Source: a virus
Taxonomy: Duplodnaviria; Caudoviricetes
DNA: 44,573 nt
Direction: 5' to 3' (one strand)
Virus record (IMG/VR): IMGVR_UViG_3300010293_000008
Location: 1-44,573 of that record
The notes below the pieces were generated by a model that was not told the origin of the DNA, did no database searches, and worked only from the letters and a program-made list of their open reading frames with translations. The position numbers and the translations under genes were made by a program. Of this stretch, positions 1-8,262 are shown piece after piece. Within the stretch, counting starts at the first letter, position 1, and each line of letters begins with the position of its first letter.

Positions 1-324
1 AAAGAAGAACACATTATTCGATATATCAAAATGCCACTGAGTCAGCGGTTCTTGGGAAATTTGGAAGTCGTCAACAAATATGGCGTCCGCAAGTTTCCTA
101 TGAAAAAGACGGAAATCGGTCTTTCTGGAGTTCCTCGGACACCAGAAGACGTCGCCGACACGATCATCCTCGCACTCGATTCGATCTCCACGTTCGGTCC
201 GTATGAAACCGATGCTGTCAATGCGGCCATCGATTCCGCAAAGCAGTTCAAACAACAAGAAAAGAGAAACGCTCGATACAGCGCTCTGAAAGAACATATT
301 TTCAAGATGCTTCGGGGTGTGTGA
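1..324 (+). CDS. hypothetical protein, probably 5'-truncated by the window edge
   Basis: Frame is open from base 1 to TGA at 322-324 and abuts the next gene. No motif recognised. Confidence 0.6.
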   Translation, partial: KEEHIIRYIKMPLSQRFLGNLEVVNKYGVRKFPMKKTEIGLSGVPRTPEDVADTIILALDSISTFGPYETDAVNAAIDSAKQFKQQEKRNARYSALKEHIFKMLRGV

Positions 325-325
325 C

Positions 326-1555
326 ATGATCATTTGCGGAAACAACATGGAAGAACTAAAAGTCTTCGAAGACAACACATTCGACTCAATAGTAACCGAT
401 CCGCCTTATGGCATTTCTTTCATGAACAAGAAGTGGGATTACGATGTTCCGTCAGTCGATTTCTGGAAAGAAGCACTACGCGTTTTGAAACACGGCGGAC
501 ACATCCTTGTTGCTTGCGGAACAAGAACGCAACACAGAATGGCTATCAATATCGAAGAAGCCGGATTCGAGATTCGTGATATCGTGGCTTGGGTTTATGC
601 GTCGGGATTTCCAAAGTCAAAGAACGTTGCTCTCGCAGTGGACAAAGGCGAGGGGATGCCGAACCGCGGACACAGAATTGCTGTTGCAAATCGTTTCCAT
701 CCAGACGGAACCGAAGAACCAAACGGGGAAGACTTGGAACCATACGAGGCAAAAACCAATTTAGCAAAGCCGTGGGAAGGTTGGGGAACCGCTTTGAAAC
801 CCGCGATGGAATTGTGGACGCTCGCACGAAAACCACTTGACGGTACAGTGGCTAACAACATTGTTAATTACGGCGTTGGTGGTATCAATGTCGACGGTTG
901 CCGTTTAGACGCGACCGAGCCGATTGCGGTCAATGTCGATTTTTCAGACGAACTTCAAAGCGAAGGTTGGGGAGTAAAAAAAGCCATCGTTGATAAGCAG
1001 TATGTTGGCCGATTCCCAGCAAACTTCATTCACGACAACAGCGGCGAAGTAGTTGAACTTTTGCCAAATGCTGCAAGGTTTTTCTACACGCCAAAGCCGA
1101 ACAGAAAAGAACGCGATATGGGCCTTTTTGATTTCGACGAGCAAGAGGTTCGCGGTGGCGGCGGACGTGTTGAACAAGGGTATGACGAGAACGATGAGGA
1201 ACAACAGCGTCTTCGTCGCGCGTCGGCTGCGTTCGGTGCAGTAAAGGCAAAGAGGAAAAACGTTCATCCGACAGTGAAACCAGTTGAACTTATGCGTTAC
1301 CTTGTTCGTCTGGTCACGCCAAAAGGCGGTGTTGTTCTTGATCCGTACCTTGGGAGTGGAACAACTGCAGTAGCAGCAAAGTTGGAAGGGTTCGATTGCG
1401 TCGGAATCGAATTAGAACCAGAATACGCAAAAATCGCCGAAGCCCGCGTCGGCGCTTGCGATACGAACTACGATGTAAAAGAACAAATGCTTCGCGGTGG
1501 TGCTACCGAAGTGTTTGATATCTTTGACTTTGACGTCGAAAAGACGGAGGAATAG
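326..1555 (+). CDS. DNA N6-adenine/N4-cytosine methyltransferase (beta class)
   Basis: Catalytic TDPPY near the N-terminus, then HPTVKP and SAM-binding VLDPYLGSGTT near the C-terminus. ATG 326 follows GGGGTG (ORF track starts at GTG 317). Confidence 0.93.
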   Translation: MIICGNNMEELKVFEDNTFDSIVTDPPYGISFMNKKWDYDVPSVDFWKEALRVLKHGGHILVACGTRTQHRMAINIEEAGFEIRDIVAWVYASGFPKSKNVALAVDKGEGMPNRGHRIAVANRFHPDGTEEPNGEDLEPYEAKTNLAKPWEGWGTALKPAMELWTLARKPLDGTVANNIVNYGVGGINVDGCRLDATEPIAVNVDFSDELQSEGWGVKKAIVDKQYVGRFPANFIHDNSGEVVELLPNAARFFYTPKPNRKERDMGLFDFDEQEVRGGGGRVEQGYDENDEEQQRLRRASAAFGAVKAKRKNVHPTVKPVELMRYLVRLVTPKGGVVLDPYLGSGTTAVAAKLEGFDCVGIELEPEYAKIAEARVGACDTNYDVKEQMLRGGATEVFDIFDFDVEKTEE

Positions 1556-1557
1556 AT

Positions 1558-1977
1558 ATGAAGTTCACTGGGGAATACAAGATTTTAGGACGCGGACTTG
1601 TATACACAATGACGATGGACGATTCTGATCCGGTTATTCATTGCGGCGATTTGATACCGCATGATGGCAAACTATACGAAGTGCGCGGTATCGAAATGTC
1701 GCGAATTATGACAGCGCCTCCGCGTCTTTCGCCGCACGTCGGCTTCGTTGTCCGTGAAGTAAAACCGACTCTTCGAATGGTATTGGAAAAGCACGCTGAC
1801 CATCCGCTTTTGCGGGTGTATACGGTCAACGCGCAACAAAAGACTGAATATATCGGCAATCCCAAAACGCGCGCAAACGCCAACGTAATCGCTCGGTATT
1901 TGGATTGCTTGGTCGACAAAGAAATCGAATACACGCGCGACAAGAACGCACGCTGCATCTATGTGGAGGTGAAATAA
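1558..1977 (+). CDS. hypothetical protein with an N-terminal EF-Tu domain II-like beta-barrel
   Basis: GGAGG RBS. ILGRGLVYT..GD..VRGIEMSR..HVGFVVR parallels EF-Tu domain II (ITGRGTVAT..GD..VTGVEMFR..NVGVLLR), aligned by eye. Confidence 0.6.
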   Translation: MKFTGEYKILGRGLVYTMTMDDSDPVIHCGDLIPHDGKLYEVRGIEMSRIMTAPPRLSPHVGFVVREVKPTLRMVLEKHADHPLLRVYTVNAQQKTEYIGNPKTRANANVIARYLDCLVDKEIEYTRDKNARCIYVEVK

Positions 1978-2234
1978 TGGACGACTATAAGAGCAACAAT
2001 GGAAGAAATCAAGCAGATTCTGGAGGTGGAAGAATGAACGGACTCGAAGCGTTATCAATGCTGAAATACGGCAAGAAAGAAAAGCCGTATGTGGAAATCA
2101 TCGAGCAAGAATTGGCAACTTTGCATTTCATTCGATCAATCTGGCTAACACCGAAAATAAGCGAGAAACAAACGGTCGAAATGATTACGGAACTACTTTT
2201 TTCGGGGAAACGGTGGATGAAAAATGAAGGGTAA
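1977..2234 (+). CDS. hypothetical protein (start at 1977 or 2034)
   Basis: Both in-frame ATGs follow GGAGGTG. Overlaps its neighbours in the operon. Confidence 0.6.
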   Translation: MDDYKSNNGRNQADSGGGRMNGLEALSMLKYGKKEKPYVEIIEQELATLHFIRSIWLTPKISEKQTVEMITELLFSGKRWMKNEG

Positions 2235-2451
2235 TATCGTCTATCAAAATCGCGAGTGTATGTTTTTTATAGACAAAAACAACTGCCTTGCGCTCGAAAT
2301 GAAAGACTGTAAGAACTGCAAGTTTTTCAGGCACAAAGTCCACACAACGCCAGAAATAGAAAAACAAAAGGTTGCATACAAAGCGGAACGCGCAAAGCAA
2401 AAGGAAGAATCAAAAGTCGTAATGCGAAACTCGTTTGAGTCTGTAAAATGA
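2224..2451 (+). CDS. small Cys-rich, putative Zn-binding protein
   Basis: Four Cys (C..CLAL..CKNCKFF). ATGA overlap with the next gene. Confidence 0.65.
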   Translation: MKGNIVYQNRECMFFIDKNNCLALEMKDCKNCKFFRHKVHTTPEIEKQKVAYKAERAKQKEESKVVMRNSFESVK

Positions 2452-3848
2452 TCTGGACAGATGACGGCTCGCTTGAACTCATAAAGAACGAGGATTCGTT
2501 CGGCATATTTTACGACATGGGCCTCGGAAAGACCGCACTTTTGCTCGGATTGATTGACCACAAGTTTTTCAACGAGAACGTCAAAAAGGTTCTGATCATT
2601 ACACCGAAAAAGGTTTCTCTCAGCACGTGGCAAAACGAAATTAAAAAGTGGGATAACTTCAATTACATGATGGACATTGTTCAGTTGATCGACAAAGGCC
2701 CAGACGAACGAATTACAAAACTTCGTGATACTGGAGAATTCTCCATACACATTATCTGTTCCGCCTTGATTCCTTGGCTTTACGGGGAATATGAAGAAAA
2801 GATATCAAAGTCCGGAAAGAAGTATAACGTGTTTCATCCAAACGTCGAACGACCAGACTATGACATGATTATTGTTGATGAATGTTCGCAGTTTAAGTCC
2901 GCAAAGTCAAACCGATTCAAGGCGCTAAAAGGCATCAACGCGTCAAAGAAAGGCGCGCCAATGAAATTGTTTTTGTTAAGTGGAACACCATTTTCAAATA
3001 TACGCTACGTCGAAGACCAATATGGCGACTATTACGTTTCGGTTGAAGAACTTTATTATCTGTTTTTCTTCCTTGGAATATACGTAAAATCTGCATACGA
3101 GTTCGAGAAAGAATTCATGTACACGACGCGCTGGGATCAATTCAAATTGCGCACAAGACCCGACATTTACAAAGCACTTGACGAAGCGCTTGAACTTCGA
3201 AGTATTCGAAGAAAACTGCAACTTTCAATAAAGAAAAACGAGTATAAAGTCTATTGCGAAATAGACCAAGAACGCATGGACATGTTGGAAGACCATTATG
3301 CTGTATTAACGGAAAACTTCCAGACCATCACCGCGGCAAACCGCGCCGTCATGATCAACAAGGCACTGCAGTTGTCGAATGGGTTTATCTACGACGAGTT
3401 CAAAAATGCTCATCGATTAAACACGTACAAAATAGACCTTTTGAAAGACATTCTTTCCGTCGTTGATGGAAACGTCGTGATTTATTACAACTTCAAAGAA
3501 GACCGCGAATTGCTGCTTTCGTCTTTTGACGGCATCAAAGAATATACGGTCGAAAATGAAGCGGAATGGAACAAGGGAAACATACCGTATCTGTTATTGT
3601 CGCCGTTTTCTGAGAAATACGGAATCAATATCCAATTCGGCGGACACACAATCATTTGGTTCGGATTGATCTGGAGTGGCGAAAGTTATCTGCAAGCGAA
3701 CGGAAGACTCTACAGACGCGGGCAATCGCACGACGTGGACATTTACTACCTTTTAGGAAAAGGGTCATACGATAATTTTGTTTATGATGTCCTCGTTTCT
3801 AAAACAAAAGCAATCGGTAGTTTCATAGATATTGTCAAAAAACACTAA
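2448..3848 (+). CDS. SNF2-family helicase
   Basis: Motif I DMGLGKT, motif II IVDECS, motif III LSGTP, motif VI QANGRLYRRGQ. Confidence 0.92.
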   Translation: MIWTDDGSLELIKNEDSFGIFYDMGLGKTALLLGLIDHKFFNENVKKVLIITPKKVSLSTWQNEIKKWDNFNYMMDIVQLIDKGPDERITKLRDTGEFSIHIICSALIPWLYGEYEEKISKSGKKYNVFHPNVERPDYDMIIVDECSQFKSAKSNRFKALKGINASKKGAPMKLFLLSGTPFSNIRYVEDQYGDYYVSVEELYYLFFFLGIYVKSAYEFEKEFMYTTRWDQFKLRTRPDIYKALDEALELRSIRRKLQLSIKKNEYKVYCEIDQERMDMLEDHYAVLTENFQTITAANRAVMINKALQLSNGFIYDEFKNAHRLNTYKIDLLKDILSVVDGNVVIYYNFKEDRELLLSSFDGIKEYTVENEAEWNKGNIPYLLLSPFSEKYGINIQFGGHTIIWFGLIWSGESYLQANGRLYRRGQSHDVDIYYLLGKGSYDNFVYDVLVSKTKAIGSFIDIVKKH

Positions 3849-3882
3849 AAAGTGTGGTCGCGAAAAAGGACGGGGTTAAAAA

Positions 3883-4212
3883 ATGCTTGAAAAAGGGTAT
3901 AATAAGGTTGAAATCAGGATTAAAAAGTTCATTGACACGGTTCTTTTGGGCGAAATGCCTATGTTGTTCGTCATTGATACTGAATGCGGAATAATGGCTA
4001 TACAGCGCGAAAATCAAGAGCCGGATGTTCAATCCGAAATGTTTGATGGAAACGGGCGAAAGGTCGAATCCGCTGAAAATTGCTTCTACGATATATGGGT
4101 TCACAAGAATTTCCAAATCAACAAGTACAAGTTCAACTTCAACGCTTTTGTTATCACTGGACAAGAGATGTACGGCAAAGTACTCTTTGTCAGAAAGGAA
4201 CAAAATGGATAA
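3883..4212 (+). CDS. hypothetical protein
   Basis: AAGGACGGGG upstream. Overlaps the next gene. Confidence 0.6.
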   Translation: MLEKGYNKVEIRIKKFIDTVLLGEMPMLFVIDTECGIMAIQRENQEPDVQSEMFDGNGRKVESAENCFYDIWVHKNFQINKYKFNFNAFVITGQEMYGKVLFVRKEQNG

Positions 4213-4471
4213 GTCTAATTTTGTCAAATTGGCGATTGGTTCATTGTCTGAATTTACACAAAAAAATATAAAGAGATCCGAAGAAAACATAGCACATCTC
4301 AAACGAAGAAAAGAAGTAAGTCAGATAATTAAAAGTCCTTGTGGTGATTACACCGAAGAACAATTCAACATACTGATCAACATTTACGAAGCGGCGTTGA
4401 GAAACGAACGGTTGGTAGATGAGGTCATAAACTCGCAAACCAAGTCATATTTGGAAGGAGGAAAAGAATAA
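4205..4471 (+). CDS. hypothetical helical protein
   Basis: ATG 4205 after AAAGGA. TAATG coupling to the next gene. Confidence 0.65.
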   Translation: MDKSNFVKLAIGSLSEFTQKNIKRSEENIAHLKRRKEVSQIIKSPCGDYTEEQFNILINIYEAALRNERLVDEVINSQTKSYLEGGKE

Positions 4472-4734
4472 TGGTACTTCACAAGCACATTAGCGGAAGA
4501 ATCGTTGGCGACCAAACCGTCGTTTACGACCCAAGCACCGACAAGCACTTTCTTGTAACTTCAGTTTCGAATCCCGCCGTTGACAAAACGTTTGTTCAGC
4601 GTTGCTACGGAAACGGCCAAGTCATTGACCGAAACGAAGTTTACACGCTTGTTCCGGCCGACCACATCAAGGTCCTCGGAATGCTTTACAACGGCGAACT
4701 GACGTCGGAAAACATGAACATCAAAGTCATCTAA
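4471..4734 (+). CDS. hypothetical protein
   Basis: GGAGG RBS and translational coupling. Confidence 0.75.
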   Translation: MVLHKHISGRIVGDQTVVYDPSTDKHFLVTSVSNPAVDKTFVQRCYGNGQVIDRNEVYTLVPADHIKVLGMLYNGELTSENMNIKVI

Positions 4735-4772
4735 AGAGCACGTTTTAGCACACACCAAGGGAGGTGACAATC

Positions 4773-4925
4773 ATGCCGAAATGGAAGTTGGTCTACGACG
4801 GGAAACCGACGAAGAAAAAGTTCGACAAGCAAGAAGAAGCCGAGGCCGCAAAGGCGAAGATCCAAGCGGATTTCGATGCGCGCGGAATCGACATCAAAGT
4901 TGATGTTCGTGAGGTTCAGAAATGA
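4773..4925 (+). CDS. 50-aa hypothetical protein (MPKWKLVYDGKPTKKKFDKQEEAEAAK...), absent from the ORF track
   Basis: Strong GGGAGGTG RBS. ATGA overlap with the next gene. Translated by hand. Confidence 0.8.
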   Translation: MPKWKLVYDGKPTKKKFDKQEEAEAAKAKIQADFDARGIDIKVDVREVQK

Positions 4926-5212
4926 AACGCGACGAAATCTACAAAAAAGCAATAGACACTTTCGGTTCCGTAGGTCAAGCGCACATGCTTCTCGAAGAAA
5001 TTGCCGAGTTGCAAAAAGAAATCTGCAAAGACCTACGGAACGGAACCACCGAACAATCCAAGGCGCGCGTCATTGACGAAATCGCCGACGTCGAAATTAT
5101 GTTAGAACAGATGAAAATCGTTTATAACATCGATCCGAACGTGTTCATGTCGCGCAAACGCTTCAAGAAAAAACGGCTTGCGAAAATGCTTGAAACCATA
5201 AAACAAGATTGA
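4922..5212 (+). CDS. MazG-like all-alpha NTP pyrophosphohydrolase
   Basis: EEIAEL...DEIADV acidic metal-binding pattern (ExxE...ExxD). Confidence 0.8.
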   Translation: MKRDEIYKKAIDTFGSVGQAHMLLEEIAELQKEICKDLRNGTTEQSKARVIDEIADVEIMLEQMKIVYNIDPNVFMSRKRFKKKRLAKMLETIKQD

Positions 5213-5237
5213 CAATTCTTGTTTTTCATGGTATAAT
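5209..5237 (+). promoter_or_regulatory. consensus sigma-A/sigma-70 promoter with extended -10
   Basis: TTGACA (5209-5214), 17-bp spacer, TG-N-TATAAT (TATAAT 5232-5237), upstream of the SSB gene. Confidence 0.9.
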
Positions 5238-5266
5238 TAAATCAAATGATAAGGGAGGCAATACCG

Positions 5267-5752
5267 ATGGCAAACAAAGTTCTCAAAACCGGAAACGAAA
5301 TTGCGATTCGAATCGACGATGTGTTTACGACAAACGAGAAATATCTCGTGACTCCTTACACAAGACCGGACGGCACGCAAAAGTTCTTCGGTTCGTTCAA
5401 GTTCAAAGACCCAGACGCAGCCAAAGCGACACTGAAGCAAGGCGTCGATTTGGCCATCATGGATCTCGGCGTCAAAGAAGACACCGTTTTTTCCGGCCAG
5501 TATCCGAGGTGGAAAAGCGACAACTACGGGCAATCGCTCGAAGTTCAGAACAAAGTCAAGTTTTTCAAGGACAAGGAATGCACCGATGAGGTCAATCCGC
5601 TTGAAATTCGCGACGACGTGTTCTCGCTTGAAATCCACTTGAAGAAAACAAAAGACGACGGCATTTTCCTCATTGTAGCGCGTGCGATTCTCACCGGCGT
5701 CGAGTCGCGATACAACGATGATCTGTTCGAAGAAGACGTCTTACCGTTTTAA
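5267..5752 (+). CDS. putative single-stranded DNA-binding protein (DUF2815/gp2.5-like)
   Basis: GGGAGG RBS. Beta-rich body, acidic tail ending EEDVLPF, replication-module context. Confidence 0.65.
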   Translation: MANKVLKTGNEIAIRIDDVFTTNEKYLVTPYTRPDGTQKFFGSFKFKDPDAAKATLKQGVDLAIMDLGVKEDTVFSGQYPRWKSDNYGQSLEVQNKVKFFKDKECTDEVNPLEIRDDVFSLEIHLKKTKDDGIFLIVARAILTGVESRYNDDLFEEDVLPF

Positions 5753-5779
5753 CGGCGACGTCAGAAGGGAGAAACAACC

Positions 5780-6124
5780 ATGCAAGATGAACAAGAACTG
5801 ACCCGCGATGTAGTCGGCGAATATGTCGAACTGAAAAAGCGGATGAAGTCAGACGAAGAAAGAATGCGTGCGATTGAAACGGTCATTTTCGACAATCCGG
5901 TTATGCAGACGGACTCACGCATCAAAATCGTTCAAGGGTCCACGAAGTATCTCATCACCCAAGCGGGATACGAAAACCTCGAAGTCGTCGGCGTCAAAAC
6001 CACAATCACCGAAACGCGCCGAAAAGACTTTGACGAGTTCGACACCGAAACACAAGGTCTGCTTTTGCAGAATCCGTTGAACGTTGAATCGAAAACCTCG
6101 AAAGCGAGCATCCGCGTCAGATGA
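5780..6124 (+). CDS. hypothetical protein with N-terminal coiled coil
   Basis: AAGGGAG RBS and ATGA overlap. Confidence 0.75.
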   Translation: MQDEQELTRDVVGEYVELKKRMKSDEERMRAIETVIFDNPVMQTDSRIKIVQGSTKYLITQAGYENLEVVGVKTTITETRRKDFDEFDTETQGLLLQNPLNVESKTSKASIRVR

Positions 6125-6516
6125 ACGACACCATCAAGCGCGTGCTCTATCCGATCCAGAAACGCAACCGTTTGAACGAAGTGTACGTTCTTGACGAGCC
6201 GAACCAAACCAACGGTGCTTCGCATCGATACGGCGTCAGCATCGTTCGCGAAGAAAAGGATGGCCGCAAGTACGTCGAGTGGGTCGTCGTTCAGTTCCAA
6301 GACGGACCACGCAACGGAGCCGGAACCATTCACGGCATTCTCGATGGCGATCTGCTCGAAATGATCCGCGACAGATTCAAAGGATTCCAACAAGGCGCGT
6401 TTCCGTCCGAGGAAACCGCCAAGGCGCTCGAACACATCGATATCGCGCTCATGTATCTCAACAAGAGGGCGGAAGACCGCGCCGAACGCGGCGTCCTCGG
6501 AAAGAACAAGGTGTAA
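6121..6516 (+). CDS. tad1: Tad1-family anti-defence sponge protein
   Basis: IQKRNRLN..GASHRY..QFQDGPR..HGILDGDLLEMIRDRFKGFQQGAFPSEE..ALEHID.ALMYLNKRAEDRAERGVLG matches the Tad1 pattern as I recall it, over the full length. Confidence 0.88.
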   Translation: MNDTIKRVLYPIQKRNRLNEVYVLDEPNQTNGASHRYGVSIVREEKDGRKYVEWVVVQFQDGPRNGAGTIHGILDGDLLEMIRDRFKGFQQGAFPSEETAKALEHIDIALMYLNKRAEDRAERGVLGKNKV

Positions 6517-6519
6517 GTC

Positions 6520-7485
6520 ATGGCAGAAAACTGGAAAGAACTTTGGAACAAGAACTACCGCGGCGAAGGCGACTGCGCCGAACTGCAAGCGTTCATCAAA
6601 AAACTGAATTACGGCGCACGAACGAACATTTCGTATCTGCCGTGGGCGACCGTCGATCGCATTTTCCAACTCCAAGACGGAACGCACGAATTCATCAACG
6701 CGCCAGACTGGGCAATCGTTTATGATCAGAAAGGCGAAATCACCAAGTCGCCGTACAACTCGATTGTTCACGCAGACATCGCCCACACACGCGACCGCGT
6801 GAACGCAGCCAATGGTATCATCGAAACTGAACTCGTGTTTTCCTACTTCATTCTCTGCAAGGTCGAATGGCAAGGACGGAAGCACACCGAAAAGTATCCG
6901 CTTCAAGATTCGAACGGACGACCAATTACGGTATGGACGCAGAACGAACTGAACAAGTTGTCGATGCGTGCGCTCGTCAAGGCCATCGCCCGCGTTTCTG
7001 GAATCGGATACAAACTGTTCGAAGACGGCGATCTGCAGTTCGACGACCCAGACGCAAAGAACACGACGGGAATTGGTGACAACAAAGGCCAAGACGCATC
7101 CGCCGCCCAAACCGCGGCCGCAGAAAAACTGAAGAAGGATGCCGAATCGAAAGGCAAAAAAGGCGCCACCACGACACCGCCTCCCACCGCCGAACCCACC
7201 TCGACACAGGAGCCGACGAAAGCGTCCGAAGCGCCCACGCCGTCGCCCGCCGTTGCGCCCGAACCAGTCGAACCTACTTCGGAACCGTCCGCCACTCCAA
7301 CGCCGCAAAAGGCCGCAGAAACGGTCACGGTTGCCGAAGCAATCGAGCGCATCAAGAAGTTGTTCATTCAAGGCAAGCCCGAACACACCGGACCAGTCAA
7401 AGCAATGCTGAAGACATTCACGGTCGCCAAGGTTTCCGACTTGCCCGAAGAAAAGATTTACGAACTTTACCATCAAATCAACTAA
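6520..7485 (+). CDS. sak: Sak-type (DUF1071, Rad52-like) ssDNA annealing protein with Pro/Thr/Ala linker and small C-terminal helical domain
   Basis: ISYLPWA and NKLSMRALVKAIARVSGIGYKLFEDGDL resemble Sak3/DUF1071 motifs. Confidence 0.75.
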   Translation: MAENWKELWNKNYRGEGDCAELQAFIKKLNYGARTNISYLPWATVDRIFQLQDGTHEFINAPDWAIVYDQKGEITKSPYNSIVHADIAHTRDRVNAANGIIETELVFSYFILCKVEWQGRKHTEKYPLQDSNGRPITVWTQNELNKLSMRALVKAIARVSGIGYKLFEDGDLQFDDPDAKNTTGIGDNKGQDASAAQTAAAEKLKKDAESKGKKGATTTPPPTAEPTSTQEPTKASEAPTPSPAVAPEPVEPTSEPSATPTPQKAAETVTVAEAIERIKKLFIQGKPEHTGPVKAMLKTFTVAKVSDLPEEKIYELYHQIN

Positions 7486-7508
7486 ATCAAACAGCATTCA
7501 AGCGAATG

Positions 7509-7530
7509 GGGTGCGCCGAAAGGCGCACCC
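7509..7530 (+). other. perfect 9-bp GC-rich hairpin with GAAA tetraloop and no U-tract
   Basis: GGGTGCGCC-GAAA-GGCGCACCC in the intergenic gap. Confidence 0.85.
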
Positions 7531-7572
7531 TTGCCGCCTAACACAGAACCAAGAAATCGGGAGGCAACAAGA

Positions 7573-8262
7573 ATGTACAAACTATCGCCAAGTAAGGCAC
7601 ACCGATATTTGAACTGCACTAAATCACTTATATTCGATACAGAATTTGTCGAAAACGCGGCAACAATTCGCGGCAATATGCTACACAAGTTGGGCGAGAT
7701 GTTTATATTCGCGCAACGTGACAACGAGGAATGGGTCAAAGAAATCGATGAGTATATCAAGCAAAACAAGGTCGATGGTTACGAACTGTTTCTTGTCAAA
7801 GGCTACGAAAAGGCCGTTTGGGAAGAATACGTTCGAATTGGCGCCAAGGAAATTCAAGTTGAACAAAAACATCCAGTCAATTTGTATGGCTTTTCCATCA
7901 ATCTGATCATGGATGTATACATGTTCAACGAAACAGTTGCAAGTATCATTGACTTAAAAACCGGAAACGGCGACGTAGAAGCAGTCGACAACGAACAGTT
8001 GATTTTCTACGCTTTTTGTGCGCTTTCAGAAAAGCCGGAATTAAAGACGATACGCACGTCCATTTTTCAAAAAGGCAAGATGAAGACAGTCGTTCTCACA
8101 AGCGATCAAGTTCTCGACTTTTTCGTTGATAAAGCGGCCGCGTTCGAACAAATCAAAGAAGGAAATCTTTCGTTCAATCCCAGCGATAAGGCTTGCAAAT
8201 TCTGTGGACACAAGCGCGACTGCGTTGCGAGGGCGAAATGGATTCTTGACGGCAAGAAATGA
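7573..8262 (+). CDS. Cas4-like PD-(D/E)XK exonuclease (DUF2800-like)
   Basis: LSPS..RYLNC, VEQK, IIDLKTG, QL..YA, C-terminal CKFC..C. GGGAGG RBS before ATG 7573. Confidence 0.85.
   Translation: MYKLSPSKAHRYLNCTKSLIFDTEFVENAATIRGNMLHKLGEMFIFAQRDNEEWVKEIDEYIKQNKVDGYELFLVKGYEKAVWEEYVRIGAKEIQVEQKHPVNLYGFSINLIMDVYMFNETVASIIDLKTGNGDVEAVDNEQLIFYAFCALSEKPELKTIRTSIFQKGKMKTVVLTSDQVLDFFVDKAAAFEQIKEGNLSFNPSDKACKFCGHKRDCVARAKWILDGKK

Noticed and set aside
3875-3960. TATAAT at 3898 and TTGACA at 3932 as a promoter
   Set aside because: Wrong order, neither has a properly spaced partner, and both lie within an ORF.
5932-7497. 521-aa minus-strand ORF
   Set aside because: Antisense shadow of the codon-biased Tad1 and Sak genes. 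No RBS or recognisable motifs.
7573-8262. Cas4-like gene as evidence of a CRISPR system
   Set aside because: No repeat-spacer array or other cas genes. Such nucleases are routine in phage replication modules.
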